Below, one piece after another: positions 1-10,804 of a stretch of 64,000 bases of DNA. The notes beneath the pieces were generated by a model. It worked only from the letters and a program-made list of their open reading frames with translations. It was not told the origin of the DNA and did no database searches. This DNA comes from Shigella phage SGF2: the sequence record MN148435, one strand, 5' to 3'. A program made the position numbers and the translations under genes. Numbering within the stretch: the first letter of the stretch is position 1; each line of letters starts with the position of its first letter.

Positions 1-4
1 TGAG

Positions 5-1840
5 ATGGTAATGTTTCCTTATGACCCAACGAAGAATATCTCATATCCGGGGGTTCTTCCTGCCGATGGTCGTTTGGTGTCAAAAGAGTCTGCTCTAGAC
101 TTAGGCCCATCTCTAGTCAGTGGTCAGCTTCCTGTGGTCTCTGAAACAGAATGGCAGGGTGGTGCTCGTCAGTATTTCTCTTGGGGTAAGTTAGCAGATG
201 GGGTCACTGATGCGGATTCTACTAACTTCACTAGTATCCGACTTCCTGATTGGACTGGCGGTGAGGCTATTAGATCTCCTGATTCAAATAAAGATGCTAA
301 TTACAAAGGTCGTGTTCAATCTCAGATCCCTTACATTGTAACCGTAAACGGAAAAGCTCCTGATGATACTAATGGTAACGTAGTCCTCACAGCTGCTAAT
401 GTTGGGGCCTTTAGTATATCTAATAACTTGTCTGAGATTACGAACACAAGTCAAGCTATCAAGAACATAGGACTTGCTGATCATGGTATAGCAACCGCCT
501 CCTTGGTTAAGTTAAGCTCTTTTGATTGGCAGACGTTCGTTTTTACTAACTCAGCCAGATATTATGTGGACTACTCTGCCATGACTAACCGGCCAGAAGG
601 ATTGACCTACTCTTCTGATACAGGTCTTTTTATTGAAGTTATAGGGGTTGCTGGTTCAGCTTTAGAGGTTCGAATTGTCCCATTTACTAACACAAACGCA
701 AAGTACATTACTTACGCTGTTAGGGCAAGTGGCGCCATAGGTAGTCGCACATTTATAGTACGAGAAGAGCTGTCTTCCGCACTCCCTGTGACTGTTTCTC
801 AGGGCGGAACTGGAGCAACCACTGCTGATGATGCTCGATTGGCACTTATTGCAGCTAAAAGTGGGGATAACTATGATATCACATCCCTCCACAATCTCAC
901 TACAGCACTATCAATGGAACAGGGTGGCACAGGAGCTACTTCAGAAACAGCAGCTCGTGTTAATTTGAAAGTTGATAAACTTGTTCAGAGTTCAACTGAT
1001 ACTAAGCTCTTAGATGGCTCAGGGGATCATACGTTCTTTATTACAGACACTGATTGGGGGTATTTCAGTAATTCAGATTCTTCTCGAATTGCTCTACCGA
1101 TAATAAGCGGGGGTACGGGAGGGAAGACTCCAGCAGAAGCTTCTGAAAAACTAGCAGCAATGCACTATCAGTATGATTCCTCAGTCTACTACGGTGGTGA
1201 TGATTTACCAACTGGTATTGGATTCTACAGCGGGGACACGTCACCCTTTCCGGGAGGTAATGGGGCACCCTTCACATATGCAGAGATAATGACTATTTCT
1301 GAAGGTGGTCGTGGAGGTAACTGGTCCCAAATAGGGTTCTCTACTATCACGTATGAAGCCCCTCGCTACAGACAAAGGACTAGTAACCCTTCTTTAATCA
1401 CAAACTGGCGTGAGTTCTTAATAAGGGATTTGAACACTACCGTAGATGTTAATGGTTTTGTTAAGATTGCATCGCCTATAGTCAAACTAAAATCTGATGG
1501 TTCTTCTGAAGTTAATGACCAAGCCCAAGGAGTAACAACCGAAAGATTAGATGTTGGTGTTTACAAGATATCTGGGACTTTAGGGTTTAACTCGGATGCA
1601 TCTTGGGGCGGTATCGAAGGTGGTTTTTCTATTCCACAAAACTCCAATGGGTTACCTCTTCTTTGGGTTGATTATGAAGTTGATGAAGAAGGTGATATTA
1701 CTCTGAAAACTTACCATCGAACTCATGAGGGAGTTCCTTCTTTTGCCAGTAATGTAATAGAGGGTGTGACAGATGGAGAACCTATCGATATTCCTGTTGG
1801 AAGATGGATTGACCTACGTGTTGAAATGCCTTCTAAATGA
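5..1840 (+). CDS. tail fibre protein (5' end may lie upstream of window)
   Basis: 611-aa ORF with repeated GGTGA-type fibre motifs (SQGGTGATTADDARLAL, MEQGGTGATSETAARVNL, ISGGTGGKTPAEASEKL); hairpin terminator follows. Confidence 0.6.
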   Translation: MVMFPYDPTKNISYPGVLPADGRLVSKESALDLGPSLVSGQLPVVSETEWQGGARQYFSWGKLADGVTDADSTNFTSIRLPDWTGGEAIRSPDSNKDANYKGRVQSQIPYIVTVNGKAPDDTNGNVVLTAANVGAFSISNNLSEITNTSQAIKNIGLADHGIATASLVKLSSFDWQTFVFTNSARYYVDYSAMTNRPEGLTYSSDTGLFIEVIGVAGSALEVRIVPFTNTNAKYITYAVRASGAIGSRTFIVREELSSALPVTVSQGGTGATTADDARLALIAAKSGDNYDITSLHNLTTALSMEQGGTGATSETAARVNLKVDKLVQSSTDTKLLDGSGDHTFFITDTDWGYFSNSDSSRIALPIISGGTGGKTPAEASEKLAAMHYQYDSSVYYGGDDLPTGIGFYSGDTSPFPGGNGAPFTYAEIMTISEGGRGGNWSQIGFSTITYEAPRYRQRTSNPSLITNWREFLIRDLNTTVDVNGFVKIASPIVKLKSDGSSEVNDQAQGVTTERLDVGVYKISGTLGFNSDASWGGIEGGFSIPQNSNGLPLLWVDYEVDEEGDITLKTYHRTHEGVPSFASNVIEGVTDGEPIDIPVGRWIDLRVEMPSK

Positions 1841-1849
1841 AACAAGAAT

Positions 1850-1868
1850 GCTCCCTTCGGGGAGCTTT
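1850..1868 (+). terminator. hairpin terminator GCTCCC-TTCG-GGGAGC followed by TTT
   Basis: perfect 6-bp stem with UUCG tetraloop directly after stop of first fibre gene; short T tract. Confidence 0.45.
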
Positions 1869-1880
1869 AAGGAGAAATAA

Positions 1881-4073
1881 ATGTCTAGAGAATTAATGCC
1901 CAAATCTGGCATAATGATGCCCCACGTAGTTGTAACCAGAGATGCGGCTGTTGTTGGTGTTTCTACTGTAGATGGACAGGCCGGGGCTATTGACCTCACT
2001 GGAAAGTATTTACAGAAAACCGATGCAGCTGCTACATATCAGACTAAAGTGGAAGGTGCGTCTAAAGATTTTGTACTGGATTCAATTCAACCTATTATGT
2101 CTGGTGCCCTATTCAGGGAAGACCCTTGGGTTGTGAATGATACACCTTTCCGTTCTACTGGAGCTAATGGTGTAGAGTCAGTAGATATGATGAAAGTTAC
2201 TACTGATAACTCAATTAAGATTGGCAGTTATGCTTCTTCTGTTCAGGGGGTAGAGATTCACTCTGCTGGTCGTCTTCAAGTAGTAGACCAGAATGACTCT
2301 GGAGTAGAAACTAAGTATCCAGTTTATTCTAAACGGTATCGTCCAGAGATTGAGGATTTGCCTTTTGCTGCAATTGGTTCTTATGTCAAAGATTCCAAAG
2401 GCCGCACTATTGGGGTTAATCGTACAGGTATTAACTCTGATATCAAACAACTTACTCAGAAGGTAACGTTTACTCAGCCAGTAACTGTTGCTGATGCTGT
2501 TGGTGATTATGATGCAGTCACTTTGAGGCAGCTTCGAAACAGTGGTGGTGGTTCTGGTGGTCCTACAATGAGTGGCATTTCTAACTTTGGGATTGGGGAT
2601 TTTCACCTACGGGATAGTCGAGCTTTCATTCCAGCTTTTGAAGTGACATCTGATGGTCAGCTTCTTAATCGTGCTGACTACCCAGACCTTTGGGCATACG
2701 CTCAACTACTATCCCCAATTGAAGACTCTCTTTGGTTGTCTAATATCTATCAGAGAGGTAGATACTCTACAGGTGATGGCACCACCACTTTCCGTGTCCC
2801 TGACCGAAATGGTATTCAGCCTAACTCTCTTTCAGCTCTTTATGGACGAGGTGATGGGGGTGCTTCCGCAGCTAACGGTCAAGTGTTTGACTCTGCGGCC
2901 CCAGACATTATAGGCTCTGTTGCAGCATACTCTGCTGGAACTTATGCCCAGGTTTTTGGGTTAGCTACTAATGCCTTTGAGTCTAACAATGCCCTCTTTC
3001 CTGAGGGTTCAGGTGATACAATACCTCCGGGGTCTGGGCCAGTTACTGGTCGAAACAACACCCTTGAGTTCAAAGCTTCCAGATATAATGGAATTTATGG
3101 TCGTAGTAATACAGAGATTATGGGTCGTAACTTTGTTGGTGTTTGGACTATTCGTGCTAATGGTGGGTTTGTCGCTGCTAATACTTCTTGGAGTGTCATT
3201 AACAGTGATAGCGCAGCTCCGGCTTTAAATACTTCTGTGGTTGGTGGTAAGGTAGAATCTAAATATACTAACCCAACCTCTTCCCAATATGCTCGTATGT
3301 ATATTTCCTCTTCTTGGGGAAGTGTTTGCTCTGCCGTGATCGAAGCACAGGGTGCAAGTACTCACGCTTATAAGTTTTATGAGGATGGCACTGTTGATTT
3401 TAGGCAGTCTGGTAAGACAAACCCATTCCGCATGTACACACCAACTGGAACTTGGACTGGACTGACGGATGCGGGGTCAAACAATTTAACCACCAATGGA
3501 ATGGATAGGGTGGCGATTTCTAGTGGCTCTGACACAGTGGTGCGTGGGTACTCTATTGGAGGATCTAAACCTAATGGTTATCCAACCAAGGTTGGGTATC
3601 ATATGTATTTGCCGGGAAGTAACGCCTTTGGTATCGCCTGTACAACTATTGGAGGAGACAACGGAAAGTTCTGTCGATATTTTTACGACATAGACGGGCA
3701 GATGTATGGCTCAACTGATTATGGAAACTTTAGCTATACAAAGAGTGGTGTCTCGGATGAAAACCTGAAACATAACATTGTTGATATTGATGCAGAAAGA
3801 GCTATTGAAGTAATAAAAGGACTGAAGTTCAAATCCTTTGTTTACAACGATGATGAGAGGAATCGATCTCGTCGTGGTATCATTGCACAGCAGGCAGAGA
3901 CGGTAGAACCTCTGTATGTCAAGACTCGCAAATACCCAGGAATGGAGAAAGGCTCTCCAGAAATTGAGCAGAAAGAGCTAGATACTACTCCAATGCTCCT
4001 TGACACTATGCAAGTAGTTCAAGATCTTCTGAAGCGTATTGAGATTCTAGAATCAAAACTAGCAGAGAAGTAA
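1881..4073 (+). CDS. tail fibre protein with collar-like domain and C-terminal intramolecular chaperone (peptidase S74-like)
   Basis: RBS AAGGAG before ATG; collar-like motif DGQLLNRADYPDLWAYAQ...GDGTTTFRVPDRNG; C-terminus NIVDIDAERAIEVIKGLKFKSFVYNDDERNRSRRGIIAQQ typical of self-cleaving fibre chaperone domains. Confidence 0.8.
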   Translation: MSRELMPKSGIMMPHVVVTRDAAVVGVSTVDGQAGAIDLTGKYLQKTDAAATYQTKVEGASKDFVLDSIQPIMSGALFREDPWVVNDTPFRSTGANGVESVDMMKVTTDNSIKIGSYASSVQGVEIHSAGRLQVVDQNDSGVETKYPVYSKRYRPEIEDLPFAAIGSYVKDSKGRTIGVNRTGINSDIKQLTQKVTFTQPVTVADAVGDYDAVTLRQLRNSGGGSGGPTMSGISNFGIGDFHLRDSRAFIPAFEVTSDGQLLNRADYPDLWAYAQLLSPIEDSLWLSNIYQRGRYSTGDGTTTFRVPDRNGIQPNSLSALYGRGDGGASAANGQVFDSAAPDIIGSVAAYSAGTYAQVFGLATNAFESNNALFPEGSGDTIPPGSGPVTGRNNTLEFKASRYNGIYGRSNTEIMGRNFVGVWTIRANGGFVAANTSWSVINSDSAAPALNTSVVGGKVESKYTNPTSSQYARMYISSSWGSVCSAVIEAQGASTHAYKFYEDGTVDFRQSGKTNPFRMYTPTGTWTGLTDAGSNNLTTNGMDRVAISSGSDTVVRGYSIGGSKPNGYPTKVGYHMYLPGSNAFGIACTTIGGDNGKFCRYFYDIDGQMYGSTDYGNFSYTKSGVSDENLKHNIVDIDAERAIEVIKGLKFKSFVYNDDERNRSRRGIIAQQAETVEPLYVKTRKYPGMEKGSPEIEQKELDTTPMLLDTMQVVQDLLKRIEILESKLAEK

Positions 4074-4077
4074 TATA

Positions 4078-4095
4078 AGCCCCTTCGGGGGCTTT
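4078..4095 (+). terminator. hairpin terminator AGCCCC-TTCG-GGGGCT followed by TT
   Basis: perfect stem with UUCG loop immediately after fibre gene stop. Confidence 0.45.
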
Positions 4096-4165
4096 AGTAG
4101 TAAGTACCCTTAGTAAGTAATGAAACTAATATATCCCAAGAGGTTAATATATAGGAGACACTTAA

Positions 4166-4384
4166 ATGAAAATGATGAAACAAGCTGCATATGGTTTAAT
4201 CTGTTTAGGCGCAGGTGTTGTGGTATCAACCGCAGTTCCTGTAAGCGCAGTTCATCCATTAGTAACTGTCCCTGCTCCAGTAGAGAAGCTTAGCTCTCAA
4301 TGCAAGCAGAGAACAATTCAAAATAACCTAGTTGTTATTTGTCCTGATGCTGAATCTAACGCTCTGAGAAAGATACTACCTTAA
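4166..4384 (+). CDS. small single-TMD/signal-peptide protein directly upstream of lysozyme (holin candidate)
   Basis: 72 aa; hydrophobic stretch AAYGLICLGAGVVVSTAVPVSAV; RBS GGAGA; position next to endolysin. Confidence 0.3.
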   Translation: MKMMKQAAYGLICLGAGVVVSTAVPVSAVHPLVTVPAPVEKLSSQCKQRTIQNNLVVICPDAESNALRKILP

Positions 4385-4412
4385 TTTAAAGGGACCACAA
4401 AGGAGGTTAGAA

Positions 4413-4904
4413 ATGGATAACGCCGCATTGCCACCTGTACAACTAAACTTAAGCCCAGCTGGAATGGAATTCATCATGAAGCACGAGGGTATGAGAACCA
4501 AGGCTTATAAAGATTCCGCAGGTATCTGGACTATATGTGTAGGGGCTACGCGCGATATGAATGGTTATCCGGTTAGACAAGGATTAACGTATTCTATAGA
4601 GGATTGTCTAGCTCTGCTAGATAGAGACACACAAGACTCTGTTCGTGCTACTCAGAAGAACATAAAGATTCCTTTGCTAGTTCATGAGTTTGATGCACTC
4701 ACTTCTTTCAACTTCAACGTTGGCAGTGGGGCTTTGAGCACATCTAAGTTAAGGAAGGTTATCAATGGAGAAGTGAAAGGGGATGTTTATTCCGAATTTC
4801 TTCGTTGGGATAAAATAACGGTCAGGGGAGAAAAGCAGAGAAGTCAGGGTCTTCATAACAGAAGGGTTGCAGAAGCTGATCTTTACACTGAAGGTAAATA
4901 TTAA
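4413..4904 (+). CDS. endolysin, T4/lambda-type lysozyme (GH24)
   Basis: RBS AAAGGAGG; EG...KAYKDSAGIWTICVGATRD... catalytic-region pattern of GH24 lysozymes; 163 aa. Confidence 0.85.
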   Translation: MDNAALPPVQLNLSPAGMEFIMKHEGMRTKAYKDSAGIWTICVGATRDMNGYPVRQGLTYSIEDCLALLDRDTQDSVRATQKNIKIPLLVHEFDALTSFNFNVGSGALSTSKLRKVINGEVKGDVYSEFLRWDKITVRGEKQRSQGLHNRRVAEADLYTEGKY

Positions 4905-4916
4905 TGGAGGTGCCTT

Positions 4917-5720
4917 TTGGCTATCGAAACTAATGCGGTAGTTGTTACCGATTTAAACCCACTCTATCCTAGAGATAGGGATTATATCTATGAAGGGGCG
5001 GCTCAAATCCGCCTCATTAAACAAACACTACAGAACACATTCCCCAATGTCACAGAACCAGTTGATATTGATTCTGACACTTTTAAGATTATGTCAGAGA
5101 AGCTCAAGTTTACTGGTGATGCAATGGATGTTGGTGGTCTGATGATTAAGAACGTCACTCCGGGGACTGGTGACAAAGATGTTGTTACTAAGGGTCAGAT
5201 GGAAGCGTTCATGAAGAACTGGATGGAGAATAAACTCTATCGAATTGGCTCTTACTACATCACTGAAGAAGATATTAACCCCGGTGATTCTATCTCCTTA
5301 GGGTTTGGCTCTTGGGCTAAAGTGACTGGTGTTATCATGGGTACTGGTGTTGTAAACCCTGATGGTTCTGTTCCTAATGCTCAGAGAGTTGAGTTCCAAG
5401 CAGGCGGTACAGGTGGTCGTGTCTTTAATACCATTCGTACAGAGAACGTACCTTTGATGACAGTTAATGGCTCCAGCTTCTCCTTATCCAGTAACACCCA
5501 CAGTCACAACATGGTGTTTGGTCGTGGGGATGCTAGCGGTCATAACAGCTCACCTAACTGGTACAGTCCGGGTAGTGGTTATAGTCAGAGAACAGAGAAT
5601 GACACACACTCTCATACAATCTCTGGTAGTGTGAGTCTTGGTCGTGATGACATTTCTCGTCAACCTATTAACACTTTGCCACCATTCAGAGCGGCTCACA
5701 TTTGGAGACGTATTAGCTAA
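4917..5720 (+). CDS. virion/tail-associated protein (TTG start)
   Basis: GGAGG 6 nt upstream of TTG; 267 aa; His-rich THSH repeats; sits between lysozyme and large structural gene. Confidence 0.4.
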   Translation: MAIETNAVVVTDLNPLYPRDRDYIYEGAAQIRLIKQTLQNTFPNVTEPVDIDSDTFKIMSEKLKFTGDAMDVGGLMIKNVTPGTGDKDVVTKGQMEAFMKNWMENKLYRIGSYYITEEDINPGDSISLGFGSWAKVTGVIMGTGVVNPDGSVPNAQRVEFQAGGTGGRVFNTIRTENVPLMTVNGSSFSLSSNTHSHNMVFGRGDASGHNSSPNWYSPGSGYSQRTENDTHSHTISGSVSLGRDDISRQPINTLPPFRAAHIWRRIS

Positions 5721-5729
5721 GGAGGAATT

Positions 5730-8700
5730 ATGGCGCTGTATCCAATAAAGTCGTTAGGTGCTGTAGGCGTTATCGCTGATCAGGCTCCGACAGACTTAGC
5801 TCCTAATGCTTTCACTAATGCTATAAATGCTCGATTTGTTGAGCAGAGAGTATTTAAGACGGGGGGCAATGCCCCTCTTTCTTATGTAGATGAAGATAAG
5901 GATTTAACCCCTCTGTCTTTCGTTTCTATGCCTTTCGATTATTATAGCGCAGGTAATAGCTTTCTTGTTGTAGGTACGGATAAGAAGTTATATAAACTGA
6001 CAGATGAAAGCTTGACTGATATTAGCCGTAAGGTTGCTACAGTCACTAAGAAGGCTTCTGCCTCAATTAAGATTTATCCAGTTGTTTCTCAGATCGTTCC
6101 TAAAGAATCAACTATCTCAATGAACTTCAATCAGACCAAGAATCTAGAGGTTTCTCTTCTCCCTGCTGATGCTAACAATACTGATCTTATTTGGGAGGTT
6201 AGTAACTCGGCCTATGGAAGTGTTACGGTAGACCCTAGTGACTCTAAACTTGCTACTCTAACATCTTTTGAGAAAGAGGGTAATCTTGTAGTAACTATCT
6301 CTACTGCTAATGAATCAGTAGTGGCTCAGATTGCTGTTAATATCATCGATGGTGATTCAGGCATCTTCTTGAGTCAAGATACTGTTACAATTCGTAAAGG
6401 AGGGACTACTACTCTCACGGCTGTTACTGGCAAGACTCCTGTAACTTGGTCCAGCAATAACGCTTCTATTGTATCTGTAACTCCTAACGCCAACTCTTTA
6501 ACTGCTGTCATTACAGCGAATGGAGAAGGTAATGTAACAATCACTGCTGATAACGGAACTAAGACTGCTTCTTGTGAGATTGTTTCCATTCCTCAGATTG
6601 ATAGTATCTCTTTAAGCCAGTCAGATGTTATTGTGAGTAGGGGTTCTCAGTATATCTTAACTGCTACCCTTTCTCCTACTAATGCTCCTAATCAAAATAT
6701 TACTTGGACCTCTTCTAATCCAAATATTGCAACAGTATCAGGGACTAGCACACAAGGGACAGTAAATGCTCTACTTGCTGGTTTTACTGAGATTACAGCT
6801 ACCACTGAAGAAGGTAACAGAGTTGCTGTCTGTACTGTACGTGTAGATTTAGCTGGAAGGACAATGAGAACAAGTGCTATGGCATTTGCTGCTCCTATGT
6901 CAGAGTCAGTAGAAACTCAAGAGGAAGAAGTAGTAACTCCTCCTGAAAGCGAAGAGACGGTTTATTTTGCTGAGCCTACATCCGGTATTGATACGTCAGG
7001 GATGTATGAAGGTAACAACTTCTATGACTACTCTAACGTGAATGACATTGAAGGTTTTGCAAGAGCTTCTTTACTGGCAACCCCTCTGTCATCTGTAACC
7101 TTAGATATTGTCAGCGCTTCTCTTGATGTTGGTGAAGAGATTGTCATTACAGCCACAGCTTCTCCAGAAGGTGAGTACTCTTATCAGTGGTCTGTTGATA
7201 AAACTGGTTATGTTTCTACAACTTCAGTCACTGGTAAATCTATCAAACTGGTTGCTCTTCGTAAAGGGGAGATTAACGTAACCTGTACTGTCAGTCAGAT
7301 GACTCAGAAAGATTACGATGCTTTTGATGACTATCCTTGGTATCACGCTGTTATCTCTAACTGTGCAGTTGCTACAACTCACTATGAAATTCCTCAGGTA
7401 AAAGAATTCGAATCAGAATACTTTGTAGACCTTCCGGGGTGGGGTGAGCAAACAGTTGTTGATAACGATGGAAACCCTTCAGTCAAGAAGTTTAACTGGA
7501 AATGTGAAAGAGTAAGATCTTTTAACAACCGTCTTTTTGCTCTGAATATGAGAGAGGCTAATGCTTCTGGTGTTACCACTAACTATCCACTTCGTCTTCG
7601 TTGGTCTAACTTTGCCAATGAGAACAAAGCTCCTACACTGTGGGATGACTTTGCCTATGATCGAGTTGTGTCTTCGGACTTGGCTTCTAACATCGTAGGA
7701 CAGACTCAGGCTTTAGAGAATGGGTATGCTGGTTACATTGACCTAGCGGATTCTAATGGTAGTTTGATTGATATCCTACCTCTTAAAGATTACTTGTTCG
7801 TTTATACAGAGTTTGAAACGTATATTGGCTCTCCTACTAATAACACGTACCAACCTCTAATGTTCAAGAAGCTCTTTAACGACTCTGGTATCCTTGCTCC
7901 TGAGTGTGTGGTTGAAGTAGAAGGTAGTCACTTCGTAGTTACTCAGAACGATGTAATCTTACACAATGGTGCAACCAAGAAGTCAATTGCATCTAACCGT
8001 GTCAAGAACATGTTGATTAACGAGGTGTGTCTGGTTAACCCTCTAGCAACTCGAGTACACTTGCATCAGGATAAGAAAGAAGTTTGGGTTCTCTATGTAG
8101 GTCCGGGAGAGCCGAAAGAAAGCTTCGCTTGCACTAAAGCTGCTGTATGGAACTACGAGTTTGATACTTGGTCTTTCCGTACTATCCCTTATGCTCAGTG
8201 TATCGGTCTGGTTGATCCTCCTGTTTTAGAGAGAGGTCCAATCTGGTCTGACTTCCAAGAGATCACTTGGGATGATCCATCTATCAAAGAACTTGTTTGG
8301 AGAAAGGATGCAACAAACTTTAGACAGAGGGTTACAATAGTAGGTTCATTCTTGAGGGGATTCTATCAAGTGGATGTTGGTGCTTTGGATTACTTCTATG
8401 ATAGGCTTAATGATAAGGTTATAGAAAAACCACTGGAGATGAGGTTAGAAAGAACTGGTATGGATTTTGATAACATCACTAACGAATGGAATCAGAAACA
8501 TATCAACAGGTTCCGACCTCAGACAACTGGCTCAGGCACTTATACATTTGAAGCTGGAGGTAGTCAATTCTCAAATGAATATGGACACCCACACACATCT
8601 AAGACTTATACAATCGGTGTTGACAGGCATGTCTCGGTGAGACTGAACCATCCATACCTTTTCTATAATGTTATAGATAATGATGTTAACAGTAATGCTG

Positions 8701-8747
8701 CTATCAATGGGTTAACGATAGAGTTTGCTGTTGGCGGACGGAGATAA
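5730..8747 (+). CDS. large virion structural protein with bacterial Ig-like (Big_2-type) domains, probable tail/host-recognition protein
   Basis: RBS AAGGAGG; 1005 aa; several ~80-aa Ig-like repeats (e.g. TLTAVTGKTPVTWSSNNASIVSVTPNANSLTAVITANGEGNVTITADNG). Confidence 0.5.
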   Translation: MALYPIKSLGAVGVIADQAPTDLAPNAFTNAINARFVEQRVFKTGGNAPLSYVDEDKDLTPLSFVSMPFDYYSAGNSFLVVGTDKKLYKLTDESLTDISRKVATVTKKASASIKIYPVVSQIVPKESTISMNFNQTKNLEVSLLPADANNTDLIWEVSNSAYGSVTVDPSDSKLATLTSFEKEGNLVVTISTANESVVAQIAVNIIDGDSGIFLSQDTVTIRKGGTTTLTAVTGKTPVTWSSNNASIVSVTPNANSLTAVITANGEGNVTITADNGTKTASCEIVSIPQIDSISLSQSDVIVSRGSQYILTATLSPTNAPNQNITWTSSNPNIATVSGTSTQGTVNALLAGFTEITATTEEGNRVAVCTVRVDLAGRTMRTSAMAFAAPMSESVETQEEEVVTPPESEETVYFAEPTSGIDTSGMYEGNNFYDYSNVNDIEGFARASLLATPLSSVTLDIVSASLDVGEEIVITATASPEGEYSYQWSVDKTGYVSTTSVTGKSIKLVALRKGEINVTCTVSQMTQKDYDAFDDYPWYHAVISNCAVATTHYEIPQVKEFESEYFVDLPGWGEQTVVDNDGNPSVKKFNWKCERVRSFNNRLFALNMREANASGVTTNYPLRLRWSNFANENKAPTLWDDFAYDRVVSSDLASNIVGQTQALENGYAGYIDLADSNGSLIDILPLKDYLFVYTEFETYIGSPTNNTYQPLMFKKLFNDSGILAPECVVEVEGSHFVVTQNDVILHNGATKKSIASNRVKNMLINEVCLVNPLATRVHLHQDKKEVWVLYVGPGEPKESFACTKAAVWNYEFDTWSFRTIPYAQCIGLVDPPVLERGPIWSDFQEITWDDPSIKELVWRKDATNFRQRVTIVGSFLRGFYQVDVGALDYFYDRLNDKVIEKPLEMRLERTGMDFDNITNEWNQKHINRFRPQTTGSGTYTFEAGGSQFSNEYGHPHTSKTYTIGVDRHVSVRLNHPYLFYNVIDNDVNSNAAINGLTIEFAVGGRR

Positions 8748-8751
8748 CAAC

Positions 8752-8780
8752 AAGGGGCTTCGTGCCCCTTTTATTGTTTT
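8752..8780 (+). terminator. rho-independent terminator
   Basis: AAGGGGC-TTCGT-GCCCCTT followed by TTATTGTTTT right after stop of 5730-8747. Confidence 0.55.
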
Positions 8781-8790
8781 GGAGGAACTT

Positions 8791-9759
8791 ATGGGTGCAG
8801 GTGGTTTTCGTAAGAACACTGGTCGTAATAACACCACACTCCCGTACAACGTTGGGTTTCTCAATAATGTACAGGACACAGAAACATATAACGTAGCCGT
8901 ATATGACGAGCTACAGAAAGTCAGCACAGCTACTAACCAAATGTTCCAAGCTATTGATGAGATTCACGATGAGATTGATGTTCGTATCAAAGCTCTTCAC
9001 GCGATGAACTTACAATTTGATGAGCTTGAGAATAGGATTACTACAGAGATAGAGACAGCTATTGCAGATATTCAAACACAGATGGGGAATCTTTCCACTG
9101 AAGATATTTGGGATAATTCTGTTCAACCTCCTGTAAAATTAGAAAGCACTGTATCTGGCTTTAAAACAAGTATTGAGGGTAACACAACTAAGATTCAAAC
9201 GGTAGAAGGGATTGTTAATGACCAAGGTCAAGAGATTGCTTTAGTTCAAACAGAGATTCAAAATATTAATGGAAGCCTCTCTCAGTATATGAAGCTTTCT
9301 GAGTATGAAGCTACGTGGGGTGTTAACTCTACAGTCAACGGAAGGTATGCTGGGGTCAAGTTAACTAACAACGGAACAAATAGCCAATTCCAAGTAACAG
9401 CTAACAAGTTTATTGTTGGTGATGGAAGCTCTGGTAACACCCCTTTTGTATTTGAGGGCGGAAGGGCTAGGATGGAGTTCGCTGACATAAAGAACGTCAA
9501 CATCACAACAGCTCAAATTGCCAATGCTAGAATCCAATGGGCACAGATAGATAACGTATCTATTTCTAATGCTCAGATTCAGAATTTATCAGCGGATAAA
9601 ATCACTGCTGGTTCTATGTGGGGTTCTAACTGGAGACTTACTGTTGGTGGTGATTTTGTTATGGGTGGTACAGGTGGGGCACAGTTATGGATGAATGGAA
9701 ACAGAATAGACTTCTACGATGGAAGTGGTGCTCTAAGAATTAGAATAGGGAGTTGGTAA
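8791..9759 (+). CDS. tail fibre-like protein with N-terminal coiled coil
   Basis: ATG at 8791 preceded by GGAGG (the track ORF from 8725 spans the terminator); C-terminal repeat-rich fibre-like region (NVNITTAQIANARIQWAQIDNVSISNAQIQNL). Confidence 0.4.
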   Translation: MGAGGFRKNTGRNNTTLPYNVGFLNNVQDTETYNVAVYDELQKVSTATNQMFQAIDEIHDEIDVRIKALHAMNLQFDELENRITTEIETAIADIQTQMGNLSTEDIWDNSVQPPVKLESTVSGFKTSIEGNTTKIQTVEGIVNDQGQEIALVQTEIQNINGSLSQYMKLSEYEATWGVNSTVNGRYAGVKLTNNGTNSQFQVTANKFIVGDGSSGNTPFVFEGGRARMEFADIKNVNITTAQIANARIQWAQIDNVSISNAQIQNLSADKITAGSMWGSNWRLTVGGDFVMGGTGGAQLWMNGNRIDFYDGSGALRIRIGSW

Positions 9760-9760
9760 T

Positions 9761-10792
9761 ATGGCATATGGAATATGGACACAACCAGTAGGGCCGGGGC
9801 CAGCAACCCCCGCTCCCTTGTTTATTGATAGCGGAAGTACTTTCCCTCAGTTCAAGAACAGTATAAGAGGGAGCTTTAACTTTAATGGAGCTGGGAGATC
9901 TTTCCCTATTAGTGGATGGGATGGTAGTGGTCAGATAGTTATTGTTCCCACTGGTTCTCTGTGCTGGCAATGGGAAGTCCCTCCTAACTTAGTCCCTGAT
10001 GTTTATTGTGTAAATAACATCTATGTAGAAAATGCCTCATCTTTTAGGGTTACTCTGAACCAGAATCCCGGCGGCAATCCTTTATTTGACTGTGGATTCA
10101 ACGTCTACCAGATTTGGCCTAGAGCTGATAGAAACTATGGGATAACTTTCTCAAATACAGCAGACTACTTTTCCATATCAGATGCTGGGGTTGTTGGTCA
10201 ATGCATTTGGGCTTGGCAGGGGGTCATAAACAATGCCCTTCAGATACCAAATATCGGTGGGTTCAATATGACCAATGCTGTTGTATTTGCTAATTGGTCT
10301 GATGGAGGACTCGGGCTGTCTTATACCTCTGATGACAGAGTTATTCGTGTCTACCAGAACAGACCTTACGTAAACGGCAACACTAATGAGGGTGGTTCTG
10401 TGTTTGCTAGAATTGCAGTATTCTGCAATGGGGCAGGTGTTCCGGAACATAATGGAGGTTTAAATATCTACTCTCCGGGAACCACTCAATGTGTATTTTC
10501 TACTAACAGAACACCTTTCACTGTGGATACTTTTATAGGCTCAGGAGGTGGTAACACTGGAATGGCGTACCCTATGATACCTCTTACTTCTGGAATAGGT
10601 GCAATAAAAGGCCAAGGTAGTGGGTGGAGATACCAGCAAATGAGATCTCACACAATGAGTGGCTCTAGTATAGGAACTGGTTATGGAAGGTACTTATTTC
10701 AGTGGAATCAAAATTACGATCTAGGGGCTGACACTGTTGTTAACTTATCAGTTCCTGTAATAAACGCAGCTAAGGTTTTTGCTGGACTATAA
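9761..10792 (+). CDS. virion protein, function unknown
   Basis: 343-aa ORF tightly packed in late operon; Gly/Asn-rich. Confidence 0.35.
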   Translation: MAYGIWTQPVGPGPATPAPLFIDSGSTFPQFKNSIRGSFNFNGAGRSFPISGWDGSGQIVIVPTGSLCWQWEVPPNLVPDVYCVNNIYVENASSFRVTLNQNPGGNPLFDCGFNVYQIWPRADRNYGITFSNTADYFSISDAGVVGQCIWAWQGVINNALQIPNIGGFNMTNAVVFANWSDGGLGLSYTSDDRVIRVYQNRPYVNGNTNEGGSVFARIAVFCNGAGVPEHNGGLNIYSPGTTQCVFSTNRTPFTVDTFIGSGGGNTGMAYPMIPLTSGIGAIKGQGSGWRYQQMRSHTMSGSSIGTGYGRYLFQWNQNYDLGADTVVNLSVPVINAAKVFAGL

Positions 10793-10804
10793 CAAGGAGA
10801 TATT